NCBI GenBank assembly: GCA_028534125.1
Contig: CM052816.1
Location: 56,236,001 to 56,300,000, forward strand
Reading direction: 5' to 3'
Source of the DNA: Lama glama
Lineage: Eukaryota
DNA length: 64,000 bases
Position 1 is the first letter of the stretch. Every line of letters begins with the position of its first letter. A program made the translations under genes and the position numbers. Below the pieces are notes generated by a model. The model was not told the origin of the DNA, ran no database searches, and saw nothing but the letters and a program-made list of their open reading frames with translations. Positions 34,321 to 47,610 of the stretch are shown here, in pieces.

Positions 34321-34599
34321 AAAGTAAAGAGGCAGGCTATAAGAACATAAGAAAGAAAAGACATAAGCCTAGTAAAAAGATACATTCTACAATCAGTCTC
34401 AGAGTAGTTGGATTAATTTGAAAAAAAATAAACGTGAACTGTGTTTAAATAGTACTACAAATGAAAATTGCATTTTCTGTTATGGTCATAGTTGAGAAAC
34501 AGCATCACAAAAATGGAAAAGTTCTATATGTTAAAAATATTTAAGGCAAAAACTGAGCAGTTTTTTTTCCCCACAAAGCATAAAAAAGGGCTAATTGAA

Positions 34600-35280
34600 A
34601 GTGGACAAAAACCACAAATGGACAACCTATCAAAGAGAAAACTACAACTAATACAAAATATGGGAAAATGTCCAAACACACAGATTCAAATTAAGGCAAG
34701 AGGTCATGCATGATTTCTTTTCTTTCCTTTTCTTTTTTTTTTGCCTAACAAATTAGTAAAATTTAAGAGAGAAAGAGAGAAAACTGACAAGCACAGGACA
34801 GTGCCTTCATACATGGTCAGTGGGAGGATAAAACGACATCATATTTTAAAGATGCAGTCTGGACTATAAATTTTAGGGATCTTTAGAAGTTTATAACTTT
34901 GAGCCAATTATGACACATCCAAAGGGCCCTTGCTATGGAAGTAATCCTCCTTATTGAAAAAGTGTGAGGTTAAAAGGCTTATGGAAGCCCTGAGTGCCCA
35001 ACAGGAGGAGACTGGTGAAGGAAAGAGTGGTACATCCACTCGATGGAACGTTGTGCAACCATTACACCTCATTTTTATAAAAGTTAGGTCATAACAGAGG
35101 AAAATGTTTATGATAGAATGCTAAATAAAAATTAAGCAGTTCTCAGAGTCATACGTGGGGCATTAGCTTGATTATATTAACGAGAAGAAAAAGTACCACC
35201 CGAAAATGATGTAAGAGAAAAAAGATTGGAAAGAAATACTCAAATGTAAACTATGACTTTTATTTGAATGATGATTTGAG
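34600..35280 (+). mobile_element. Old L1 (L1ME-like) ORF2-end/3'UTR remnant
   Basis: A-rich and degenerate; contains GTGGTACATCCACTCGATGGAA...GCAACCATTA, typical of L1 ORF2 ends. Confidence 0.55.
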
Positions 35281-36329
35281 TGATGGAGCATGCATTTCCT
35301 TTTTTTCGACTTTTTTCATTTTCTTTAAGAACCAGAAACGACACCAAGGCTATAAATGTAAAAAGCATCAATAGTAACAGGTTACGACTATAGACAAAAA
35401 GAAGTAAATGGTGAGGCTCCTATTCTGGTATCAGATGAAAAATTCTACCTTTAAAGGAAGTTGGGTGCATTTTCCAAAAATTCTAGACATTGACATGGGT
35501 TAAGCTGACACATGACAATAAAACATGAGGCATAAAGTTGACAGTCGTCTAGTTAGGTTTATCATTCTGCACATGTGAACCTCCAAGGAAAGGATTTTAT
35601 TCCGCGTTTTTCTTTTTGGTTGTCAGAAATAGTCCTGTGGAGCAAGCAGTGAGCCATCATTCAGCCTGTCCTGTGTGAGCTCGGCTTGACCCTGCCCCTG
35701 TCCACCAGCCCCTCCTTCTTTGGCTGTCCATGTGTCTGTCCCTTTCTCTTTACTAGGGAAGCCTGACTCCTGGATACTCCACAGAATGGATGCTAGAGCA
35801 GGCCACTCCCAGGCCATTTGGAGTTAATATCTAGTGACTCACTACTGCCTGGTCTACATAAAGGCCCGGTTTCGTCACATCTGATATTTCCGGTTCTTTA
35901 AGAATTATGCCTGCAGCTACCAGTAACATCACCGGTTAAAACTCAAAAAATCTTTAAAAATCTCACCTACAACAAACAAACTGGGTTGGGGAACTTGAAG
36001 GTTTGGAGAGAGAAAGACTTTCAAGGACAATGGGTTTGAAAGTTCCCTTTACGTTACTTTTTGACGGGAGGAGAGACTGTCTTTGCCCTTCCCCTTTCTC
36101 CAAGCGAATACTGCCTGCTCGTCCTTAGGGTCTCACGTTAAGCACCTCATCCTCGTCGCTGCTTTCGTTAACCCCCAAGCTAGGCTCGAGAGACCCTGCA
36201 CATTCCATGGTGGGCTGCCCTTTCTCTCCCAGGACTTCTGAGTATTGCCTGTAAGGATAAGTAATTGAAACGAATACTTGCACGTATTAGTAAATCTTTC
36301 TTTCCTGCTGGACTGAGTCCATGAGAGCT

Positions 36330-36426
36330 GAGTCCTTATCTGTTTTATTATCAGCATGCCCCCGGTGCCAAGAACAGGAGCTTGGTATGCACCGGGTGCT
36401 GAATAAATATTTGCTTAATGAATGAA
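36330..36426 (+). mobile_element. L2 3' end
   Basis: GGTGCTGAATAAATATTTGCTTAATGAATGAAT terminus. Confidence 0.7.
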
Positions 36427-39400
36427 TTTTCCGGTGTGATCTACTAAAGCAGAGAAAGAATGGTTGGCACAAAATCAAATAGTGGTGAGGTTGGAAAGAT
36501 AAACACTAAGAGCCTTATTCTTTTCTCTTCTTTTTCTTTAAAATTCTGATTTTACAATATGCACACATACACACAATCTCCTATTATCATTCTAGTATTG
36601 AGTTCGAAAAGTTTGGTCTTGGCTTTTTGTGCTTGGAAGGGATAAATAGTGGTTTGCTTGGTTCCTCTGCTATGAGGCTAGCAGACGTTTGGAAGCCCTC
36701 CAGAAGATTAGACTCAATACTCCTCGGATAACTTTACCCATTTGAGCTGTGCTTTTATATAAGTAAAGTTCAGCACAACCTCAGAAATGCACGCACAGGA
36801 AGGCATTCTGCGACTTGGCCTGTCTATGAATCAGAGACCCCTAAGTCCCTCTTTCCTGAAGTTCACGATAAATTACTCCATTTAGTATGTCTGTTATTCT
36901 GCCACCTCGACGTCCTTGCCTTCTGTAAAAGCAAAATTCTTGGAACTTATCTCACAGGCACAAATCGCCTTGTAATTCTCTGCACTGAGTTGGTAGCTAC
37001 TGAGCATGTAACTACAGAGCTTAACAATTACCAGATACCGTAATCATGCAAAGATTTTAATCTTTCAAATTAGATCTCACCTCCACACTGGGGAAGAAAA
37101 GGAAATTTACAGGATAATTAGCTTACGGGCTAGTCGGCAGGCACTTCCAGGGATTGTCAGGAAGTGTCTGCATGAATGGTCTTAAGGTATTATTTATTTT
37201 TTATTAAGTGCCTTTTATTAAAACTACCCAGCGTGCTTTGCATTGTGGAAATTGGAGAAAAATGTCTTTTGCAAGCTGGGGCAGCCCTCCTTCTGTAATG
37301 AACCTGGCTGGAGGGTGGCATATTTTGGGCCAGCATATTTTGCTACCCTTCTGGGTAAATAGTTGGTCTTCTGTGTATAACAAGGGAGCCAAGACAAATT
37401 TTAAAAATGAGATACCAAAAAAAAAAAAAAAGCCAAAGCTATGTTTATTCTCTGTGAGGTGGTTTCACAGACATGCTGGGAAAGACCGTATTGAGTGGCA
37501 GAGCAACTTACCCATATTCCTCACACCCTTCCCCATATTGTTCTTCCCTGCTCCCCGGAGCAGATGCGCACACCTCTTTTACCTTCAGTGGTGTCACGTT
37601 CATAGCTTGAAATTGGCTAACGTGCTGTTAATTACACCAGGACCATCAGCCAGTGCTTCAAATCAGGGCTCCCTCCACCAGACGGGTCGTTACACATTTG
37701 TCATCACTTCCCTACCTGTAGTAGAGGAGTCCCTGACCCACACAGGTGCTCCGTGAATGCGAATTCCTCCTTTTCTTTAGTAGCAGACAAGGGAAGCGAG
37801 ACCACCAGGCCACTATAGCTATACTTGGGGCTGGGGCTGGGGCTGGGGGAGTATTTTGGCTCCTGGCCTATCATCTCTGATAAATGTGGCATTTTCAGGG
37901 TTTACCTATAAAACGGAGGAGGCTGGAGAGGAATGTGACCAGGAAACGTGGGTGAGTTGAAAAGAGAGGCGCTTCCACTCAGCATCAACTCCTAAGAGCA
38001 GGAGTGAGGCTAGAGCAGGGAAATCTCTGGGGAAATTCGGCTGTGAGTACCGAGGATGGTTGGGGATGGTGTTCAGGGATTTGGGAGGGCATGGAACATC
38101 TCCTTTTTCAGAGATATATTTTTAAAAAGGCATTGAACATAGTAGTTTTTCAACCTCATTAGAAGTCATAAGCTGTCCTTTATTCACTGTGATAAAGAGA
38201 ATAATCAGGATGAAATTATACTGCCAATCAAAAAGTGTTACTGAGAATTTACATGTCCCGTCCTGAAGCTGGTACTGCAGTTTCAGGAGAAAGACCAAGC
38301 ATGGGTTTTATCATCTCATTGGGACAAAGCTAATCCACAGAAAATGGCAAGATAAAAATTGATCGCTGGGCAGTTTGATACTTGCTAAAAAAACTCTGCG
38401 GGGTTTAGAGAAGGGAGGGAGCACAGAGGGCAGATAATTCTTAAAGCAAGTGACAGTAGAGCCTTCCTGGGCTCCCACGCCTGCTGATGCATTTCTGATA
38501 TGATCATGAGCTCCATTCACATCACCAGTAAAGTTAGAGCACTGCTAATCGAGATCCATTACAATAAATTCTTTACCGTGGTTATAGGCTCATTCATCTG
38601 TCCTTAGCGCTACGCTCCAAAATGGATGAACGCCAAGTATCTTAAATCCCTGCTTTATACTCCTTGAGAGAGCCAAGTTCTATACCTTGTCTCTAGCTTT
38701 TTATCACGTCAGTAGCAGAGCTGGAGGGGGTAAACCAAATAAAACACGAGTCTCCACATGGGATCCCTGGTTCTAAAGAAATGATTTGAGCGGTCTCAGA
38801 TTTGAAGATGGATGCTCGCCTAGACAAGTCCCAAATGTCCGAGGAGATGAGGACAATCAGGGAAGTGATGTGTGCACCTCTTGGATGTGAAACAGACACA
38901 GGATCTTCATCTGCAGACTGGCAGACAATAGGGAGGTATGTGGACCATATATGGAAAAAATGGAACCGCCAAGATAAGTTGAGATTGGGTGTGCACATGA
39001 GTTTCCTTCTCAGCAAGGAGCAACTCTAGGAATTTTTTAGAGATAAGACCAGGACCGCCAGCTGAGGAGGTGGCGGTGGGAACTCAGTATAAGTTCAGGG
39101 GTCAAGGACAGCTCTTAGACCTGAGGCCTTGGGAAACAAATTATAGAAAATAAAGGAAACAAAAAAGATACAATTTTTTCCAAAGAAGGAATTGAATTTG
39201 AACAATATCAGGCTGTAAAGATAGGAAGTATTTGTGCATTCAAGAAGGGACAGAGAAGATAAAGAGGGGAGAGATGCTCATTTAAGGAAAGCCGAGATCA
39301 TCAGATGAGACTCAACAGTATTTAGTATCTGGAAGGAAGGGAGGTTAAATGTCAAAATATACAAAGTGCAGCTAAGCCTAGAATAGCTCAGTATTTGAAT

Positions 39401-39634
39401 GGGCTATACATTTCAGTCCAATTATTCAGAGAATGTAGAGCAGAGCCAGTTTCTAAGACCTACAAATGTCAGTCATTTCTTGTCATGCTGTGGTGCAGAC
39501 AGGTCATCATAACCAGTGTGACCAAAAGATGCTGTTAGGACGGTTCTTTGATTTAACAGCTGGCTTCATCCAGAAGATAGGGAATGAAATCTCAAATTCC
39601 TTCCCCGCCTTCATTATCCGTTCATTCCACCTTC

Positions 39635-39800
39635 CATTTATTCATTAACAAGCATTCATTCAGTGCCCACTTTGTGTCCGGCCCAGAGCTGGCTTGGAGG
39701 ATACAGATGGAAGAAAGGCCACGCAGCACATGCTCTCAAGGAGCTCTTGGTCAGGCAGACAGGACAGATGGCTTGGACAATACAAATTACAAAGTAATGT
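39635..39800 (-). mobile_element. L2 3' end
   Basis: ATTCATTAACAAGCATTCATTCAGTGCCCACTTTGTGTCCGGC. Confidence 0.6.
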
Positions 39801-39842
39801 AAAGATATGTTGTGAGAAAAGAAAGTTCAGAGACAATTGCAT

Positions 39843-40050
39843 CTTTTTAAAATTGAAAAACAGTTGACATGTTAGTTTCCGGTATACTACGCCGTGATTT
39901 GACATTTGTAGACGTTGTGAAATGATCACCGTGGTAAGTCTAGTGACCGTCTGTCCCCATACAGAGTTATTGCAATGTTCTTGACCTTTTTTCTCATGCT
40001 GTCTATTACATCGTTGTTGCTTATTTATTTCTATGACTGGAGGTTGGAAA
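39843..40050 (-). mobile_element. L1 3' end (L1MA-like)
   Basis: GTTAGTTTCCGGTATAC...TGTGAAATGATCACC...AAGTCTAGTGACC. Confidence 0.7.
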
Positions 40051-42249
40051 GGGCCTTCACTTTATCTCTGAAATTCGGTGTTGCTGGCCCTGCATTAGAG
40101 AATTACCCATGTCCTTTGCACTGTGTTGTGGGGACTCTGAGGGTGAGGGGAGGCCAGGTCAGAATCACTCGTCCTCGCACAGAGACAGCACAGATGTGAC
40201 GGGGAGATATGAAGCTGGCATCTGAAGGACACTTTTTGTTGGAGAAGCTTTCATTGTCACGGCATTCAACGGAGTTCGACACTGAGCACCCCTGCTGTAA
40301 GGAGCCTGCCTTTCTTCCTTATCTCGCAGGGCAGCCCTTGCCAGATGGCCTGTCCATTTGGCACACTGACATGTCATCATCAGACACAAAGGCAAAATAC
40401 TCAGTTTAAAGGTCGAAGATTCAGTCAATCAATAGGTTAATCTTGTCGAACTGATATCAACAAGAAATTTTATTAATCTTGGAATTGAAAAGACACCGTT
40501 TTATCCAGTGAATTAACTAAATTGGAGGTGTTTGGGGGGTGTTCGATGGACAACCAACTACACTTTTTGAGTCTTGTCTAAGACGAGCAAAGACAATATT
40601 TGTTAACATTCTGGAAAGACATACCATGTGAATTAAACACAGAGGACTGGATTTGATCTCTAGCATGAATTGATGATAAAGATTGATGTCCTCTATCCTG
40701 GTCTGTCTCCACTTCTGGTCCATGCCTCTAGCTAACTGGCTTCTTTCTGCACACTTTGTGGTAGGAGAAATCTGTCACTAGTAAGGTCCCAATCAGGAAT
40801 GATCTAAGTATTCTATGAACAGATTCATATGAAACGATGTTAAGAGCTGAAGCAAGTTTGCAGATAATTCAGTAGATAAATATCTGACTTGCACATCAGG
40901 ATCTCATAAGGGAAGTACATAGACGTCTTAGAGGTCTGGCGTTATCTCCACAGTTGCTTCAGTTGTTTACTTCTGGACTACTGCTCCGGAACTTTTTTCT
41001 CAGAGGACATTTGTGTTGCCAATTGTGCCCAAACTGCTGGTGTGAGCCCATGCTAACAGGCTCCAGCACACCGTTGCCTGAAGCTCGTGTTTCTAGTAAG
41101 ACGCTGTATTTACTTAGTTTATGTGTTATGGGGTGTAGCTGGGGGAAGCTGGAGAGATGGAGATCATTGGGATGAGGTGTAAAATGCTCTCAAGTTACCC
41201 CTTGCTGCTGCGTCTCTCCTACGGTCAGAGCTTGGGAAAAACTGAACACTATAGCTCTTTCTCGAGAGAATCCTAGCATTATTAGTCTGTTAAAAGCTTC
41301 TGAGGCCTGTTCCCCTGTAACTCAGCACCTCTCAAACTTCATTTACCACAGAGACCAACCTCCCCCCCAGCTTGGTTTCCCTTCCCAACTTATATTGACA
41401 TCCTGGGGAAACTGGGTTTCTTGAAACTCATTTGCCTGGGTACACCCAAAAGGTTTTTCAAAAACTAGGTACTCTCTTGGAAACATTTACACTAACATCT
41501 AAACTTTTTCATCCTGGATTTAAAAAGTTCCCACCTTGTTGGCAGGAGGTAGAAAATGTTAAGCACATTATGATATGAAATAAGATGAGAACTTACTGTA
41601 ATTAAAATAAATGCTTTATGACAGCTTTGATGAAAGAGATTTTAAGCAACTTCCTGAAATGCTGTTTGAATTGGAAAGAATTTAAACTGAATTTTAACCT
41701 GTGGGTTTTATCTTTAAAAGGTTGATAATTCTAGAGGAGATTCTAAGAACATTTGAATGATCAATGTCCCTAATCTATACTGCATGGATCATTCTGAATT
41801 CAGAACCTCCCTCAAGGGTCAAGTTTCATCCTTAACAGAAAGAACCAAGAGGACAAGGAAAGACAGGAAGCCTATACGTTTAAGGGGTCTTGATGAATCC
41901 TAGCCCACCACTGGAAGATCTGGCATAGGCAGGGGCATGACTTTTTTTTTTTTTTTCAAGTGTGATTCTGGTTATCAGGCAGTTTTAGGAAAAATACAGG
42001 AGTTGAGGATCTAGAAATCGATTCCCTTCAAATAATCCAGTTAGTATATGTACCCTCTGGAAAGCCTTTGTGGATCCTTGGGGATGTGTGTACCCCTTTC
42101 TGAAGACCTCTTGCCTTTGAGTGCACTATTGGGCGCTGCTGCCATAGACTTGACTGAAAACAACTGAACCGGTTTCTTGCCTAAGTCTCTTTTTGTCTTC
42201 GACCCAGTTACTTCTATCCCCTCTACCCGCTTTTGTACAGAATGAAATG

Positions 42250-42714
42250 AACTTCTTGGCCAGGTAGGAAAGCCCCTCTACAATCTGGCCTTTGCTGACC
42301 TCATGTCTTCCCTCCTGCCAGCCCCCGACACTGGGAGCCCTTTGCTCCAGCCCCAGGGGTCTCCAGGCTCTTTCTTGACTGTGCATTGCTCCTTCCTGCC
42401 ACTGTATCCTTGTTCTCTCTGTCTGGGAGTATTATTCTCCAGGTATCTGCTTCTCCTACCTGTCAGGGGAGCGCTTAATACCCTCCAGGAGGGGTTGCCA
42501 TTCAGTGTCTCTCTCCCTTTGCCCCATTATCACGGTGTCCTTCGTTTGTACCCCTAGTACATCTTCCATGTCTGTACGACTTGGATTAGCATTACCTGGA
42601 CAAGTGTTTGTCTTCTTAATCAGGGTCCAGTCTCTGAGCAGCAAGAACTACACTGCATTCAACTGTGTACCTCCCAGCACCTAGCATGGGGCTGGTTAAA
42701 TGTTCACTGAATGA
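42250..42714 (+). mobile_element. L2 3' region
   Basis: Pyrimidine-rich; ACAATCTGGCC...CCCAGCACCTAGCATGGGGCTGG...AAATGTTCACTGAATGA. Confidence 0.65.
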
Positions 42715-44244
42715 TCTAGCTAACTAGTTTAAATGCATTTCAAATAGGGACAGCACGCAGAATTGCCAAGGGAGGATGTTGGTCTTTCCTGCAACTGGGT
42801 GGGAGTGGGGGGCTTGTCTATGGCATTTGCCATTTTGGCACCAGTCCTACCTTAGGAAACCAGAGGAAGAAGACATCTGTGCTCCCAACCTACCCTCACT
42901 GCGGTGGTGTGCAGGTGACTCGCAGACTGGCTTATGCTTGTGGAACAGCTGTGAAATTTGCATGGCTACCCAGCTTGTACTTATTTATAGAGGTAACTAA
43001 GTATCTCCTCTTGTTAAAAGAAAAAGAAAAAGTCCACATGCAGTATTTTAGGTAAATGAAGACCTTAGTTTTCCTTAAAGGGACTAACAAAGAATTTCAG
43101 TCCCTGTTGTCAGTGATGTCTTTGTGGCAGGTCCCTAATCTTTTCTTTTTTCAAATTGCCTTCAAAGGATGGTTAAGGAGTCTTTAATTAACTATTAAAA
43201 AGGGTGTTCGAACATGGGGAGACAAGATTTAGAAAATCCCTTTAATTACTGGAACCAGATTTTCTCCTGATGTATAAATACCAGTTTACTCCTTGACCAA
43301 ATTGGGCTTTAATTAAACTGGGAGCCTGAATACTGGAAAGTGCCTTAATTTGCATCAACCCCCATTTCAATGAAGTTGGCTTACGGGTGGGGATGAGAGA
43401 CTTTTATGGTTTATTGTTTAAACTGGAAAATCAAGCAAAATGGGATTTGCTTTCCATACAGGAACTCATGGAAATTAGACACACCCTTGCCACCTCCGAT
43501 TAACTCAAAGGCTCTTGCTATAGGATTACCACAGGGTTCCTCAGTGGTAAGAGTTTATGAACCAGCCATGCGTTTCTTTTTCTTCCCTGCCCCCTCCGGA
43601 TACATTAATCAGGCAAAACTAGGCTTATGGTTCTAGTGACAAAGAAAGAAAAACCAGAGCTTGCTCTACCCCTCCCTCAATTTAATCTTTAACATTCAAT
43701 ATGGTGCACAGTTTGTTGAGAAAATAAGGTACATGTTTTGTCATTCCCCTTATGGATTTCAGTCAACACATGGAGGTGTTTGAAATGATCTGCTAATCCA
43801 GTTTCCTTTCCTTGAACCATCTGGTTCAAATTCTGTCTACCTGCTTGGAGAGCACCAGTCTCGTCTGCATGCACATATAAGGAAGTCACAACTCATTAAC
43901 AGTTCAGGGAAAATCCCTGTGGAAATATACAACTTTACTATTGTGGTAGGTTTCCTCTTGGGAGCAAATTAGATAGGACTTTGATGTAAACCAAAGAAAC
44001 TTGAGAGTTTTTGGAAGACATGAGTGGTCCTAAAATTTTTTTTTCCAGCTAATTTAAAAGCTTTTATTTTAAATGGGAGCAAAGTTATTGCCTACTGTTA
44101 GCTCACTCACACCATAGCTCAACTGTAAGTGGTCAAGTGATGAGCAGAATGTGGCCTTAGTAGCTTCGTGATGGGGTCCTTGATCTACTGCAGGGATAAG
44201 CATCCAGTAATAATAAAATGAATGGATAATAATCCTGTGGCAGA

Positions 44245-44680
44245 CGCTTATCATTGGTTGAGCCCATAGACCTACTCAGTCTTCTTGTTGCCTCCATTTT
44301 AGAGGCTGGGAAACCTCAACACCCCCTTTCCAGGCCCCCTTGAAGCTACATCACATGTTTTGGCTACTGAGTTATAAGTCAAAGCTTGCTGGGGGCTGCT
44401 GAGAAACATTTCTCCTTCCTGGTAAAAAGGAAAGACATCACCAGACCCACTTCTTTCTGTTTCTTAGATCCTAAAAGAAAGATTGAATGTAGATGTGATG
44501 TCTAGAGCACGGCAATCATCTTATGATCACTGGGGAAGGCTTACAAAAATTGCAGACATCAACTTGAACTTGGTTAAGGTACTAGACCAAAACCAACAGC
44601 CGCCTCCCTCTAGGTTTCTTATTTATTCAAGACACCTGATTGGTTACTTGCAGCCCAGAGCAATACTAACCGATTGACAT
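44245..44680 (+). mobile_element. MaLR LTR (MLT1-like)
   Basis: GATGTGATGTCTAGAGC...GCAATCATCTT and terminal GTTACTTGCAGCCCAGAGCAATACTAACCGATTGACA are typical of MLT1 3' ends. Confidence 0.6.
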
Positions 44681-45585
44681 AAACCCTATGCACTTGAATC
44701 TGCCTTGAGAAAATCTTCCTGCATTGAATAACTCAGTCAACTTCCTTCCTCCACCATGGCACCTGGGGTCTCCCAAGGGTTGGGACATCCATGCAGGCCT
44801 GGGAGGAAGCCTTTGGGTCTGAGCACAGGATGGGTGATATAGTGTAGGATGAAGGAATAAGTCAAAGACCTAAGAAGAAAGATTGAAGGTGATTTCCCAG
44901 CCTCCACTACACACATGGGGGAAATGATACAATGAGAATGCTGCAGTCTAACTATCTTATATGTTTTGAATGAAAATGGAAAGTCAGCTCTTCAGATAGT
45001 ATTTAATACATAGTATTTGCAGGACCCTGCACCCCATTGGACCCATTCTCTGATTCACTCAGACACCCCTCTTTCTTCCTACTTCTCCAGCACCTGGAAT
45101 CTCCTAATGAGGTCAATGCAATGGTTTATTTGCTAATTTCTTTGTTTATCTGTCATAGCTGAACTGATGCCAATTTATACCCCCTTTTCAATTCCTCCAT
45201 CTTTCTCATTTTTCTTAAGTACTTTCCCTCAGCACCCCTGGTCTCATCTTACACAAAGTTAGTTCAAAGGTGCATTCAAATTTATAGCGTCTGACATTTT
45301 AGCCAAAGAAGAAAATCTCTGGTGATGAGGAAATAAAAAGAGAACCCTTAAGAGTAGATGCAGATGTTGCATTTCCTGATCTAAAATAGGATATAATATC
45401 TGAAAGAAAAGAAGCTGTCATAAACATTCTTCCTTTTCCTGAACTAGATTTCATTTTTAAAAGAGCACTTCTTATTGACCTAATATATAGAATAAAAGAA
45501 AAAAAAGGCTACAAAAATCTGACTGTGTTTTTGATTTGTCCCTCAAGGCGCGCTGCTCCAGGACAAAGAATCTTTTCTAAGAGGA

Positions 45586-46085
45586 NNNNNNNNNNNNNNN
45601 NNNNNNNNNNNNNNNNNNNNNNNNNNNNNNNNNNNNNNNNNNNNNNNNNNNNNNNNNNNNNNNNNNNNNNNNNNNNNNNNNNNNNNNNNNNNNNNNNNNN
45701 NNNNNNNNNNNNNNNNNNNNNNNNNNNNNNNNNNNNNNNNNNNNNNNNNNNNNNNNNNNNNNNNNNNNNNNNNNNNNNNNNNNNNNNNNNNNNNNNNNNN
45801 NNNNNNNNNNNNNNNNNNNNNNNNNNNNNNNNNNNNNNNNNNNNNNNNNNNNNNNNNNNNNNNNNNNNNNNNNNNNNNNNNNNNNNNNNNNNNNNNNNNN
45901 NNNNNNNNNNNNNNNNNNNNNNNNNNNNNNNNNNNNNNNNNNNNNNNNNNNNNNNNNNNNNNNNNNNNNNNNNNNNNNNNNNNNNNNNNNNNNNNNNNNN
46001 NNNNNNNNNNNNNNNNNNNNNNNNNNNNNNNNNNNNNNNNNNNNNNNNNNNNNNNNNNNNNNNNNNNNNNNNNNNNNNNNNNNNN
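45586..46085. other. Assembly gap (500 N)
   Basis: Run of N. Confidence 1.
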
Positions 46086-46099
46086 TTCTGGACGGTTCC

Positions 46100-46445
46100 C
46101 CCATCTCATCCTGCTGTTTCATGCTTTACCTGCTATTTCTCTTTCTTCCAATGACCCCTCTTCCCCTCACCCTTTCATCTGATGAGCTTCTACCCCATGT
46201 CAGAGCTGAGGTCTGAGGCCTCCATCAAGTGCTTCTCTTTTCAGAGCCTTCCCTGAGCAGGAAGAAATGGCCACTCCCATCTCTGTGCCTCCCACTGTCC
46301 TTTCATCAGAAGCCTCGATTTTCACCTGGGCCTGCAGAATCCTGAGAAATACTACATGCTTGCTGTTTGGCGGTGAACTGTTACGCAGTGAAAGCTAACA
46401 GGTGCAGCCTGGCATATAGCGGGTGCTTAGTAAGTGTTCAGAAGA
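46100..46445 (+). mobile_element. L2 3' region (degenerate)
   Basis: GCCTGGCATATAGCGGGTGCTTAGTAAGTGTT terminus. Confidence 0.5.
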
Positions 46446-47489
46446 AGCAAGCGGTAGATACCTGAGGGTACTTCATTTTCCTCTACAAGATGGAAAAAAG
46501 AAGATGCTGTTTTGTGATCATGTTGCTAACTTGGAAGTTGACTAGTGGAGAGGAGGGTCACTGGAGGTGAGCCGGGGACTTAGTCGTTCTGTCTTTGTGG
46601 TCCTGGGACGTTCGGTGGGCAGATGGCAGTGGGCTGCTGCTCTGTCAGATCCCTTCTGCACAAACATTTTTGATGCCCTGAACTCCAGTCTCACAGAACT
46701 GGGACCAGATGTCTCCCTGCTGGCATCTCGCCTCCTGTCACTGGCTGAGCTTCTGAGACTTTTCAATGATCCACTAAGGTTCAGATTACCTAGTACCCAG
46801 CCTGACAGAGAACACACATTTGCTAAGGGTGAGTTTTACTGCCGTTTCTGAAGAGGCAAAAATACAAAATGACTTATTTTTTTCATAAAAATCTGTGCAG
46901 AGGATGCAGGGGAGAGGATGGTTGCCCAGGTGCACGACGCTGTGTTATACACTCGTTCCTTGTAAGGCACACCCCCGCCATCTACACCATCCCTCTTTCT
47001 CTTGCATCCCCGACCTCTCCCACTTCATGGGCTCCTGCTGCTTTCTCCACGAAAGAAGCTCAAGGCTCTCTTACAAAGAGCCTTCCTGACTCTGCTTCGC
47101 ATCCAGCCAGGCTACCTCCACCATGTGACCTAAAAGCAGGTCTCCACTTGGGACCTCTGACTCTCATTCCTGTTCCGGCCACTGTGATCTGACTTCCATC
47201 TTTACTGCTCCTGCTAGCCTCAGCTCTGACCTACCTGCCACCTGCACCGGAAAGATCAGTCCTGATCTAGTCTGCCCAGCCCGCTGCCATCGAAACTCGT
47301 CCTTCCTCTCCTCCTGGCTGCGGTGACAGATGGCGCTCTGTCCTGGCCTCTTCCTACCCCTCTGACCATGCCTTCTCGTATTTCTTCCTTCTTTTGCTAT
47401 CCATATATTGCTATCAAAGTCTGACCTATCCTTTGAAAACCCACTCACTCCCTCCTTCTTCCAAAAGTCCAAAGCTCATTTCTGTACTT

Positions 47490-47610
47490 ACTTAAGATCC
47501 CTTAATTATTCTAAGACTCATTTTCTTCATCTGAGAGATGGAGCTCCTAAGAGAGCCTACCTCATAGGATTGTGTGAGGATTCAAGAAAGAATTCGGCAG
47601 GGTGCCTGCC
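47490..47610 (+). mobile_element. MIR core
   Basis: CTCATTTTCTTCATCTGAGAGATGG...CCTACCTCATAGGATTGTGTGAGGATT. Confidence 0.65.

Noticed and set aside
37208..37756. 182-aa ORF (likewise 1963-2491, 54792-55238 and 59841-60344)
   Set aside because: No recognisable homology, coding-like composition or supporting exon structure; within chance expectation for 64 kb.
45525..46154. ORFs of 180-209 aa spanning Ns (also 21020-21326)
   Set aside because: Artefacts of translating assembly gaps.
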